DNA from: a virus | Virus record (IMG/VR): IMGVR_UViG_3300034152_000478 | Coordinates: 32,001 to 96,000 of that record | Reading direction: 5' to 3' (one strand) | Length of the DNA: 64,000 nucleotides | In this document: positions 48,601 through 56,360 of the stretch, in pieces | How positions within the stretch are numbered: the first letter of the stretch is position 1 | Layout of the letters: every line of letters begins with the position of its first letter | Translations under genes and position numbers: made by a program | The notes under the pieces: model-generated | What the model saw: the letters and a program-made list of their open reading frames with translations, nothing else | Databases searched by the model: none | Told to the model about the DNA's origin: nothing

Positions 48601-49291
48601 ATACAGCCTTAACATCTAAGGGAGGTAGCTTAATGCGCCCTGCCAGTTCACAACGGGATTGCTCCTCCAAGACGCGCTTGCCAAAATTACTGTAGGCGAT
48701 CAACGTGTCTGTCTGACTATAGGTGTTCAGCCACTTCCACTGCTGTGGATACGAGTCCACACAAGCCATGATAATCCAGTGAAATTTGTCACGCAGAATA
48801 CTGTCCTGCTGCCAAAACACCATCCACCAATCGCGGATATCGATAACTACATCGGGGCGAAAATCAAGCAGTACAGCCTCAAAGCGCCACTTGCCAAACT
48901 GATTGTACTGGTAGCGGGCCTGTTGTTCTGGAGTGCCTCGCGGATTGCCATACGCGTTTTGACCATGTTGATCATTAGGATCTGGGAGATTGCCATAATA
49001 TCTCCATGGCAGTTGTTGTCCGCGTGGATCGCTCTGTGCTGCATATGAGCCAAACTCTGCCAGCTCATATTTCCCTGTTTGAGCCAGCCTTGTCAGAACG
49101 TGGCGACAATAAGTAGAGAAGCCAGTTTGCAGGAAGCTGGCTTCTGAAACAAACAGCATACGCAGCTTTTCTTTGCGTTTCGGCAGCTTGTCTATTTCGT
49201 TCTGGAGTTTTTCGATAGTCCAAGGTTCTTGAAAGTCAGCTCCGCTTATCTTGGGGAGCTTACCAGGCTTATTGGTTTCTTCGTTCTTCAC
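45644..49291 (-). CDS. Multidomain glycosyltransferase: GT4-like + DUF4214-like + GT9-like + GT2-like
   Basis: TGFSTY...EGDGMPVQNAKACGVPVI (GT4, with a CTKC...CPNC insertion); YKQLLGREPDEEG..NW (DUF4214-like); AGDVLLSTAVIKALKEKYP...GLDSFPAHVA (GT9); VDGGSTDGT...QLDADE (GT2). Confidence 0.85.
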   Translation of the reverse strand: MKNEETNKPGKLPKISGADFQEPWTIEKLQNEIDKLPKRKEKLRMLFVSEASFLQTGFSTYCRHVLTRLAQTGKYELAEFGSYAAQSDPRGQQLPWRYYGNLPDPNDQHGQNAYGNPRGTPEQQARYQYNQFGKWRFEAVLLDFRPDVVIDIRDWWMVFWQQDSILRDKFHWIIMACVDSYPQQWKWLNTYSQTDTLIAYSNFGKRVLEEQSRCELAGRIKLPPLDVKAVCQPGIDIETFKPMDKNQIKARFNIDPRVRFVGTVMRNQKRKLFPRIIESFRMFKDANGWMHPDPQKKRIKDIDNIKLLLHTGVRDVGFDIPEAIRREGLEGEVYFTYLCTKCGTFGVSTFIGSPAQCPNCKNSTFDTPNTQVGLPDEHFANIFGLMDVYIQMSIAEGDGMPVQNAKACGVPVIMSDYAALYEKARNGGGIPVRGDLETESETMQWRHWFDREVFVEKLTKLFRKKGMIEKLGRAARECIETHYNWDLTAKKWEWILDSIEIKDRNETWDTDEEPLSMPEESLAEKEGLNDREFIVECYKQLLGREPDEEGMTNWLGNIERGQPREEIEKYFRNITEAKNHAIEMIKGSKDKKPGEVVISKNPLEQIAEEMNPDDKFRIMYCMPQTAGDVLLSTAVIKALKEKYPEATIYFATEKRYFPILKDNPVISKVFEYDDNLLNYRSAEPFGPARGFVDLCFCPFIVTQRIPHWIHGGKGDSLAVTYGHLCGLSLTDDEVRKKIRIGKEPVELPFEGKYITFHAKTTQDPKDYSNWEEVFSRVHGVKIVQIGSKDEPLLEHPDVVDMRGETTPQQLAYLIENAALHVGLDSFPAHVASAVNTRSIVVYGGTYARQGGIQNSKAIEPENRSGCYTSCHLVECIQKKQGKPKCIDNIVPDTIVDAMREELGNEHIKPPKPINISAYCIIKNGNENRFPYIACIKEALKVADEFVIVDGGSTDGTFEDLQFLAKNEPKLKVLQHEWDMDDPMLMGNEKTWARQQCTGEYLIQLDADEMLVEPHPGQIRDLIRANRKVPIFDFPVINMYGGDNTIRVDDSIWKWRLSKNDPKIIHGVYGEARDFDPETMQVVFDKRKSDGCEYIDRDTLAIAPHVSILPPQAAKLHIEVVKLFREGQEVPAEFLENYKTMMQQISEAMPHIVHYSWADLETKKKRGGFWSSTYHGRNSWTHNTTEDIEERIKEDKELILQVDMQHPLKGAFKCSI

Positions 49292-49292
49292 A

Positions 49293-49394
49293 TCCCTCTC
49301 CGAAAAAAAAGAGGGACGCTGCCAGTTTGATTATTCGTTGTACAAAGCTGCGGCAACGAGTGAGGAGCTATAATAGGAGAGTGGCAGCGCCCCC
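49293..49394 (-). promoter_or_regulatory. Structured leader: terminator-like stem overlapping an anti-RBS hairpin
   Basis: In the mRNA, GGGGGCGCUGCCA pairs with UGGCAGCGUCCCU and is followed by C-U8. Alternatively UCCCUCU pairs with AGAGGGA, overlapping the RBS of the 49291 gene. Confidence 0.55.
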
Positions 49395-49419
49395 GTGTCC
49401 CAACCCATCCTTTTCTGTC

Positions 49420-49857
49420 TTAGAACGGTATCTCGTTATCGTTCTCAGGTTCGTCTGCTGCTACTGGTCGTGCGGGCTCTGCCCTGATCTCGGTTGGTGG
49501 CGCAGGCTCAGTCCGTGCTGGCGGGGCTGCACTGTCACTACTTTCCTCATACACAGGACTTTCAACAAGCAGAAAGCGGTTAGATTTGATGTACAGCTTT
49601 GTGCGCTTCTGACCTTCATTGTTCTCCCAGCGATCCTGGCGAAGAACTCCCTCAAGCAAGACACGACATTTGTCAGTCATCATCTTGTCTGCTTGTTCCG
49701 CAATCTTCCCCCACATTACCACGTCGAGCATGGTCAGCGGTGTTTTAGCGTTGTCTTTTACGCCGACTCGAAGATTCAGAACAGCGTTGCCGTTCTTTGT
49801 GTAGCGAAGTTCCTTTTCGTAAACTCGGCCAACGATTGAAACGTGATTGTCGATCAT
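49420..49857 (-). CDS. ssb: Single-stranded DNA-binding protein
   Basis: NHVSIVGR..ELRYT.NG, VVMWGK.AE, EGVLRQDRWE; acidic tail ending NEIPF; GGAGG RBS before ATG 49857. Confidence 0.92.
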   Translation of the reverse strand: MIDNHVSIVGRVYEKELRYTKNGNAVLNLRVGVKDNAKTPLTMLDVVMWGKIAEQADKMMTDKCRVLLEGVLRQDRWENNEGQKRTKLYIKSNRFLLVESPVYEESSDSAAPPARTEPAPPTEIRAEPARPVAADEPENDNEIPF

Positions 49858-49902
49858 TAAAATACCTCCCTTGTCTCTAAATGGTACACCGTTGAACAAT
49901 CA

Positions 49903-49941
49903 CTCTACTATACTATCGGTCCGATTTGCAGAAAAACTACA
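49903..49941 (-). promoter_or_regulatory. Candidate promoter TGTA-N16-GACCGATA-N6-TAGAG (copy 2)
   Basis: Between the dnaE stop and ssb; matches 45198-45236. Confidence 0.6.
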
Positions 49942-52900
49942 CTATTTTAATAGTTTTTCTGGGATTTCGCACCTATTAACTACAAAAGAGCCGTATCCTG
50001 ATATCTGACCAGTTAATAACAGGACTGGCATATGCTTCATCATTTGGTAATACTGTTCAAATGCTTCTGAGAACATCGCAGCAGGAAACATGCCTTCATT
50101 GTCGTACACCTGAAACATGGCAAAAGTTTTGTCGCCTTTCTCGATAACCCTAATGTCGCTTGGGCAAGCTAATACCTCATAGTCGACTTTGCGTCTGCCT
50201 CCACGTTGCAGTGTCCCCACATTGACTGTCCGGTTGCTTCCCTGATAAGCCATGGTTCTACAGTATTTGATCGAGATTCCGAGCAGCTCATGTTCGATCT
50301 GAGCCATTTTCTCCATATCCATTTTGGGCTCTTCATCCAATAGCTGCTTGATCTTGTCATTGCGTACTTTCTCTCGGTGTTCCTCCAGCCATTCGCGTGC
50401 TGCTTCTATGAATGATTTGCCTTCTGTATTGGCAAGATAGTTATCATGAATCATTTCCCGTCTTTTGGGCGTCAGCGCATAGAACACTTCAAACTCTCGC
50501 GCCATGTGCAACCTGCTTTCATAATGATCCTTAACCATCCAGTCGTAAGCTCCTGCCATTATCAACGTATCTAACAGGGCACGACCGATATTGCGGGTAT
50601 TGATCATATGCTGTAGGTCGGCCGGTGTGTCTGCAGCTTGTAAAAACTGTATCTGCTTTTTGGCTGACTTCCCGATTCCTTTGATGTGTCCAAGACCGTA
50701 GTAGATTGCATCATCATGTATCTCGAAATCAAAATTGGCCATCTTGATATTGGGTGGCTGTACCGTAATTCCGTAGTTTTTGGCATCGTAATACAGCTCC
50801 GCAACTTCTTCGTGAGGCTTCTGTTCCTGAACGCTCATTTGCAACATGGCCAGGAAGAACTCCAAAGGATAATGTCTCTTGTAATAAGCCATCACGTAGC
50901 CAAGCATGGCATAGCCGACTGAGTGCGACTTGTTGAATGAATAGCCAGCTCCAGCTTCCAATAGGGTCCACAGCTTTTCAGTTTCTTCCTGTGAATATCC
51001 GTGCGTCTCCATGCCCTTGGCAAACTTGTCTTTGTGTTGTGCCATTACTTCTGGCAGCTTCTTGCCAATAGCCTTACGCAAATTGTCTGCCTCGCTCAGA
51101 CTGTAGCCCGCAAGCTGTTTGACCATTTCAATGGCCTGCTCTTGATACAACAGAATGCCATAGGTTGTAGCCAGCACAGAGGCAAGATCGTTGTGCACAT
51201 ACTCAATTGAGCCGCTGTTTTTATTGGCAACATAAGTATCGGCCATGCCCGTATCGAGTACGGCTGGCCTAATCATTGCGATAATGTCTGACCATTCTTC
51301 CAAAGAATGCGGTCGTACTTTTTGACACCAGGCTTTACCTAAGTAAGATTCTATCTGGAAGATTCCTTTTGTAAAACCCCTGGTTACCATGCGAAAAACA
51401 TCTGGGCTATCAAAGCGTTCAGACTCTAATGGATCATGTATAGCTTCACGTGCTTCGAGAATATCACGAATGCGGTTGACAACTGTAACTGACTTAACGC
51501 CTAAGATATCCAACTTCAGAAAGCCAAGCTTCTCCAATGTGTACATGTCCCAGCCAGTTAGCTGTTTCTTGTGTGTGGCATCATAGCTGATCGGGACCTT
51601 GCCTTCAATCGGTTTATCAGAAACAAGTATGGCGCATGCGTGGCTACTACGCTGTCTTCTGCAGCCTTCCAGGCGCAAGGCGTGCTTAAAGAGCATTTTC
51701 AACATGCGACTGCGATGGCGGATCTTTTTGTTCAACTCGGCTCTTAAGGCTTGACTATCCGCTGTCTCCAGCTCTGCCTCCCATGCTTCTATGTCGCTAT
51801 CGCGCCCCTCTGACATTTCGTGGATCTCTTTAGATTGTCCGATAGCATCTTTGACTGTATTGCACTTATGTGGGAAACAGGCAGTAATACGATTGAGATA
51901 ATTGAATTGCATACCTATGCCGCGCCCAACATCTTTCAGGGCAGCCTTACCGGCCAGCTTTGAAACTGTGGCCATTGGAAAAATCTTGTCTTCGCCGAAT
52001 GTCTTTCTTAGATAGGAGATAATATGTTCGCGGCGCAAGACGCAGAAGTCAAGGTCGATATCTGGCATGCTGCCTTTGCGACCCCGGTTATAGAAGCGCT
52101 CCCAAAAGAGACCATACTTGATGGGATCGATGCGGGTGATATCCAATACATAAGAAACCAGACTTCCTCCAGCGGAACCGCGACTATATCCTCTTGGTAT
52201 GCCATGTCTGTCTCCGTCCTTGACAACGTCATGAACAATCATGAAGTAGTGCTGTAGGTTGGCTTCTTTAATATCTGCCAGCTCAGTTTTGATTCTCTCT
52301 ACATATTCTGTATCGGCCTTGGTGAACATTTTACGGCGCATGACTTCTTTGCGACAGCGATCCACCAACAATTCATATACTTCGTCGTCACTCATGTCTT
52401 GACGATATCGTGGCATGTGCGCTGTGGCATCGAAGCTGATGGTCACGTTGCATCTTTCGGCTATTTCGAGCGATCGAGTTATCTCATCTGGCTCAAAGCG
52501 CACAAGCATTTCATCGTATGTTTGGACATAATAATCTTCGCCGCTGAACTTAATCCTTCCGGCTTTATTGCTGTCGGTCTTAACAGGGTCAAGTATAGAC
52601 TTCTTGCTCGATATTGCTTTCCAAATTTCATGCGAGAACGCGTCCTCCTTGAGAACATAATGGACATCATTAGTTGCCACAAGAGGAACACCAAGGCGCT
52701 TACTAAAATCCCGGCTAACATCTATGATTACCTCTTGCTCTGGTATGTGTTTAACATGTCTTCGATTGACATTCTGTATTTCCAGGTAAAACCTATCGCC
52801 AAAAGCTTCCTTGAATTGTAATGTCAGCGCTTCTGCCTTCTTGACATCATGCAGCATCCAGTGTGGTATTAATCCATGCATACATGCGGTAAGCACAATA

Positions 52901-53298
52901 ATGCCTTCGTTATGCCTAAATAATTGGTCAACATCGATTCTGGCACTATAATAGAAGCCTCCACCTTGGTCTATGGGGGTGTTGGCATAACTCATCAGTT
53001 TGATGATGTTTTCCCAGCCAGTATTGTTTTCGGCCAGTAGAACAACATGCTTGGCTGAGCGTTCTTTATCTGCTGTACGCTCGACGATGTATGCCTCTAC
53101 TCCAAGAATGGGCTTGACTTCTTGCTTGCGACATTCCTGGTAGAACTCGATTGCACCCATAATGTGGCCATGGTCAGTAATGGAAAGCGCCGGATATCCA
53201 AGCTCTTTAGCTCGTTTTACCAACTCTGGTATCTGGGCAATAGAATCCTGATATGAAAAGTCAGTGTGGTTGTGAAGGCTAACGTATTGACTACTCAT
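49942..53298 (-). CDS. dnaE: DNA polymerase III alpha subunit (family C)
   Basis: PHP domain LHNHTDFS..DS, ITDHG, ATNDVHY; RGSAGGS; MPDIDLDF; KLDILG; YSFNKSHS. Confidence 0.97.
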   Translation of the reverse strand: MSSQYVSLHNHTDFSYQDSIAQIPELVKRAKELGYPALSITDHGHIMGAIEFYQECRKQEVKPILGVEAYIVERTADKERSAKHVVLLAENNTGWENIIKLMSYANTPIDQGGGFYYSARIDVDQLFRHNEGIIVLTACMHGLIPHWMLHDVKKAEALTLQFKEAFGDRFYLEIQNVNRRHVKHIPEQEVIIDVSRDFSKRLGVPLVATNDVHYVLKEDAFSHEIWKAISSKKSILDPVKTDSNKAGRIKFSGEDYYVQTYDEMLVRFEPDEITRSLEIAERCNVTISFDATAHMPRYRQDMSDDEVYELLVDRCRKEVMRRKMFTKADTEYVERIKTELADIKEANLQHYFMIVHDVVKDGDRHGIPRGYSRGSAGGSLVSYVLDITRIDPIKYGLFWERFYNRGRKGSMPDIDLDFCVLRREHIISYLRKTFGEDKIFPMATVSKLAGKAALKDVGRGIGMQFNYLNRITACFPHKCNTVKDAIGQSKEIHEMSEGRDSDIEAWEAELETADSQALRAELNKKIRHRSRMLKMLFKHALRLEGCRRQRSSHACAILVSDKPIEGKVPISYDATHKKQLTGWDMYTLEKLGFLKLDILGVKSVTVVNRIRDILEAREAIHDPLESERFDSPDVFRMVTRGFTKGIFQIESYLGKAWCQKVRPHSLEEWSDIIAMIRPAVLDTGMADTYVANKNSGSIEYVHNDLASVLATTYGILLYQEQAIEMVKQLAGYSLSEADNLRKAIGKKLPEVMAQHKDKFAKGMETHGYSQEETEKLWTLLEAGAGYSFNKSHSVGYAMLGYVMAYYKRHYPLEFFLAMLQMSVQEQKPHEEVAELYYDAKNYGITVQPPNIKMANFDFEIHDDAIYYGLGHIKGIGKSAKKQIQFLQAADTPADLQHMINTRNIGRALLDTLIMAGAYDWMVKDHYESRLHMAREFEVFYALTPKRREMIHDNYLANTEGKSFIEAAREWLEEHREKVRNDKIKQLLDEEPKMDMEKMAQIEHELLGISIKYCRTMAYQGSNRTVNVGTLQRGGRRKVDYEVLACPSDIRVIEKGDKTFAMFQVYDNEGMFPAAMFSEAFEQYYQMMKHMPVLLLTGQISGYGSFVVNRCEIPEKLLK

Positions 53299-54086
53299 GT
53301 AACCAGCTCTTTACCTACCTGCAAATCTCTCCAAAGTTCGTCACATCTGGTACGGTCGCACAGCTTATCGCATATCCAGTTGGCTGGCTCAATCCTGGTA
53401 GGCATATCCATGCCATGAATAGTGCGCCAGTAGCGCCCCAGAGCCTTCTTGGTGCCTTCGGCGTGCTTGTCTGTCAAGGCAACAGTAATTGGTCTGCGCT
53501 GTATGTAATCCAGCGTCACAAAGATGTACTTGTACTGCGGAAACATCAACCGAGCTGCCAGGTCATAAATACGGACCTGCGGATCTTTCTTGGCTTCCCT
53601 ATAGGAAAGAGTCCATGTGCCTGTCTTCCAGTCGTGGATTTCCAGTGTTTCTGAATCATGCTCAAGCAATAGATCGATATATCCTTTGATTAAAATGCCC
53701 CCGCCTATATCCAGCAAGAATTCTTTTTCTGCACCAATGATCTTGCGGTTAAGCGGATTGTGTTGTGGTGCTCGACCCAATACGAGACTAACAAGATTCT
53801 CAGTATCAGCCCAAACTTGAACTTTAACCTCGTCGGCTGACAGCTCCGGGTATTTGGTGGCAGCTATGCTATATAATGAATCTATTTCTTCCTTGGCAAA
53901 TCTGGGCCAATTTTGAGCATTCAATTCTCCCAGAGCCATGCCCTCAAAAATGGAGTGCACGAAAGTGCCAAGGTTTGCTGCATAGTTTTCCTTCATTCTG
54001 ATGCGCAGCACATACTCCAGGTAAAACTTGAAGGGGCATTGTTTGAAACATTTTATACAGCTTGCTGACAAGTGTTTACAGTCCAT
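53295..54086 (-). CDS. PD-(D/E)xK exonuclease (Cas4/RecB/AddB-like)
   Basis: LSAS....F.QCP, GYIDLL, DWKTG, QVRIY and C-terminal C..LC....C; start reassigned to 54086. Confidence 0.85.
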   Translation of the reverse strand: MDCKHLSASCIKCFKQCPFKFYLEYVLRIRMKENYAANLGTFVHSIFEGMALGELNAQNWPRFAKEEIDSLYSIAATKYPELSADEVKVQVWADTENLVSLVLGRAPQHNPLNRKIIGAEKEFLLDIGGGILIKGYIDLLLEHDSETLEIHDWKTGTWTLSYREAKKDPQVRIYDLAARLMFPQYKYIFVTLDYIQRRPITVALTDKHAEGTKKALGRYWRTIHGMDMPTRIEPANWICDKLCDRTRCDELWRDLQVGKELVT

Positions 54087-54087
54087 G

Positions 54088-54354
54088 CTATTTCTCCAGG
54101 ATCGCTTTGCCCAGTTGCGAATCTTTCCACGCTGCTGAAATATTGTCTCCATTCTCCAGAATCTGACGCGCCTCTTCGTATGCTACCACACGTAGAATGA
54201 TCTTAGCGCCAGTTACATCATCAAAAACTACATGATCGCCATCTTGTTGTTGGTCCTCGGGTATTTCTTTGAAGAAGATCGAATCGCCAGCATCATGCAT
54301 TGTTTGTAGGCAGGCAAGATTCTCCCTGATCTGTTCCCGATTGTTTTTTGGCAT
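54088..54354 (-). CDS. Hypothetical protein
   Basis: 88-aa ORF filling the gap. Confidence 0.5.
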   Translation of the reverse strand: MPKNNREQIRENLACLQTMHDAGDSIFFKEIPEDQQQDGDHVVFDDVTGAKIILRVVAYEEARQILENGDNISAAWKDSQLGKAILEK

Positions 54355-54991
54355 TTTTCAGTTCCTTCCTCTCGATATCTAAATAGCGCTGTACACAGTC
54401 TCTTAGACGCAACGCAATGCCTTCTGGCACTTTGATGTTCTCGCTGTCAGTTAACCATTCTGCCGTGGCCACTATAAAGGCATGACACTCATCACGAACT
54501 ACATGTTCACCATAACCTTGATCTCTGACGTATTCCTCCAGGGCACTGAGGTCATGTTCGGCCATTATAGCATCCACCTCAGCCTTATAGGATTCATTAG
54601 TGAAGTACAGGCCGTGCGCAGTTTCATGAACCTCTACATCTGGATCGCTACCCTCGTATGCTCCAATCACATAGAACTTATCTGTGCGATAACGAATAGC
54701 CTCGATTAGCTCGGCTTCTTCTTCTGTGAGCGGATTGAAGAGCCCTTGGATGAACGGGGCGAAGGTCCATGACGGGACATTATATCCCTGAGTGTCCTCA
54801 GTATACGTTGCTCCTCCGGACTCATATTCAGAATACCACGATAAATATTGTCCAATGGTGAAGATTGTCTTCGCGAATTCCGGTGACTCATAATACTCCT
54901 GGACTCTCAAGAACGCTTTTGCCGCTTCTTCCTTCGTGTCGTATCTGAAGAAGATGATGTGCCTTGTGATTTGCTTGACTGTAAATCCCAT
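54293..54991 (-). CDS. Hypothetical protein with an HExxH zinc-metallopeptidase-like motif
   Basis: VHETAHGLY followed ~40 aa later by RDECHA. Confidence 0.5.
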   Translation of the reverse strand: MGFTVKQITRHIIFFRYDTKEEAAKAFLRVQEYYESPEFAKTIFTIGQYLSWYSEYESGGATYTEDTQGYNVPSWTFAPFIQGLFNPLTEEEAELIEAIRYRTDKFYVIGAYEGSDPDVEVHETAHGLYFTNESYKAEVDAIMAEHDLSALEEYVRDQGYGEHVVRDECHAFIVATAEWLTDSENIKVPEGIALRLRDCVQRYLDIERKELKNAKKQSGTDQGESCLPTNNA

Positions 54992-55365
54992 ATGTTCTCC
55001 CCCTCATCATTGGGTATAGAAAAATCCTTGACTCTATCATCAAAGTTTTCCGCAAACTTTGGGTCCATTTCCGCCATTAGCTCAAACTGCAAAAGCGTCA
55101 TTGCACACCACAAAACAGACGACAAATGATGTTGTCCATCTGTAGCATCAAATCGATGTCCCACCTTCCATTTTTCAAGGTGTCTTTGAAGTGCCGCTAT
55201 AACACGACCAAACTTCATTCCTTTGCGCCAATTGTTGTCGTCGTACTTCTTGGCTCCAATGGTGTAGACTCTTGCCAGCTCATTCAGTGGCATGACTGGA
55301 ATCAGGTCGTACCGCATTTTACCTTGATCGTACTTGACTCCTTCCTTCAACTTCTCCTTGCTCAT
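54907..55365 (-). CDS. dATP/dGTP diphosphohydrolase-like (DUF5664-type) protein
   Basis: GVKYDQGKMRYDLIP...GAKKY..NNWRKG...RHL...HHL. Confidence 0.8.
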   Translation of the reverse strand: MSKEKLKEGVKYDQGKMRYDLIPVMPLNELARVYTIGAKKYDDNNWRKGMKFGRVIAALQRHLEKWKVGHRFDATDGQHHLSSVLWCAMTLLQFELMAEMDPKFAENFDDRVKDFSIPNDEGENIWDLQSSKSQGTSSSSDTTRRKKRQKRS

Positions 55366-55373
55366 TCTACCCC

Positions 55374-56360
55374 CTAAATATCCTCGGTTAACTGCCATTG
55401 ATTTCTGCGCAAGCTGTATATGGGGATCTCTCCAATGTCGTTATACCTTGTACTCCATCTCATGCGCAGAACATTGTATTCATGATCGCGTAAAAGTTTG
55501 GCGGCCTTTCTTGCGCCACTTTCTCCTGCTTTATCGTTGTCGTATGCTATAATCACATTCTCTATCTTAAGATTGCCAAGCAGCAATATCTGCTCCTGAG
55601 AAATGCTACTTCCCAATGTGGCCATGCTGTGGTGTATGTTGGCCGACTCAAAGCGCAAAACATCCAGCGGTCCTTCTACCAGTATAATAGCGCCCTTTTT
55701 GGGTTTGACCGCATGTATGTTATACAGGTTGACATTAGACTTGAACCCGATTGGTAGGTGTAGCCACTTAGGTCCGCTATCGCTTTCGATTACTTTACGC
55801 GCACTGAGACCGACTACCCTGCCATGGATATCGAATATCGGGACGCTGAATCGATGCAAGCCTGCTACGCTGTGTGTGCCCACCAGATATTTTTGTTGTA
55901 CATGTGCCGGTATGCCGCGAGAAGTTGCATACGAACTAAACATAACCTTCTGGGGGTCCATATCCAGCTTCTTTTGTGAGTTGTGTGTAGTCCGTTTGTA
56001 ATTACGACGCATCTCTTGGCGTCTTTCGATTGCTACGTCTTTATTAGCTTCGACTATTTGATTAGCTATCTCACGAGCCTCTTCTCTTGTGCAATCCTCC
56101 ATGGCCATAATGAAGGCCAATGCATCGTTACCATGAACATCATGACATCGATGAGAGAAACAATGCCACGTCAAGAATTGGCAACTCCACACAAATGCTG
56201 TCTTATTATCTCCTTTGTGCACTGGGCATGGGAGTCTAAGCTGCTGATCATCCCAGCGAAATGCATCGCCAGGACCATAACCATAATATTGCAAAACTTC
56301 TGGGAAAAGCAACCCAATGCGCTTGTAGGCTTTAGGGCTGAGTGTCTTCTTGGTCGTCAT
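55374..56360 (-). CDS. dnaG: DNA primase (Zn finger + Toprim)
   Basis: CPVHKGDN...HCFSHRC; LVEGPLD; AYDNDKAG. Confidence 0.9.
   Translation of the reverse strand: MTTKKTLSPKAYKRIGLLFPEVLQYYGYGPGDAFRWDDQQLRLPCPVHKGDNKTAFVWSCQFLTWHCFSHRCHDVHGNDALAFIMAMEDCTREEAREIANQIVEANKDVAIERRQEMRRNYKRTTHNSQKKLDMDPQKVMFSSYATSRGIPAHVQQKYLVGTHSVAGLHRFSVPIFDIHGRVVGLSARKVIESDSGPKWLHLPIGFKSNVNLYNIHAVKPKKGAIILVEGPLDVLRFESANIHHSMATLGSSISQEQILLLGNLKIENVIIAYDNDKAGESGARKAAKLLRDHEYNVLRMRWSTRYNDIGEIPIYSLRRNQWQLTEDI

Noticed and set aside
53295-54086. Cas4-like nuclease as part of a CRISPR system
   Set aside because: No cas1/cas2 or array nearby; stand-alone nucleases of this type are common in phage replication modules.
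54907-55365. Evidence for a 2-aminoadenine (Z) genome
   Set aside because: No PurZ in the window, and a Dam-type methylase implies ordinary adenine is present; this domain alone is insufficient.
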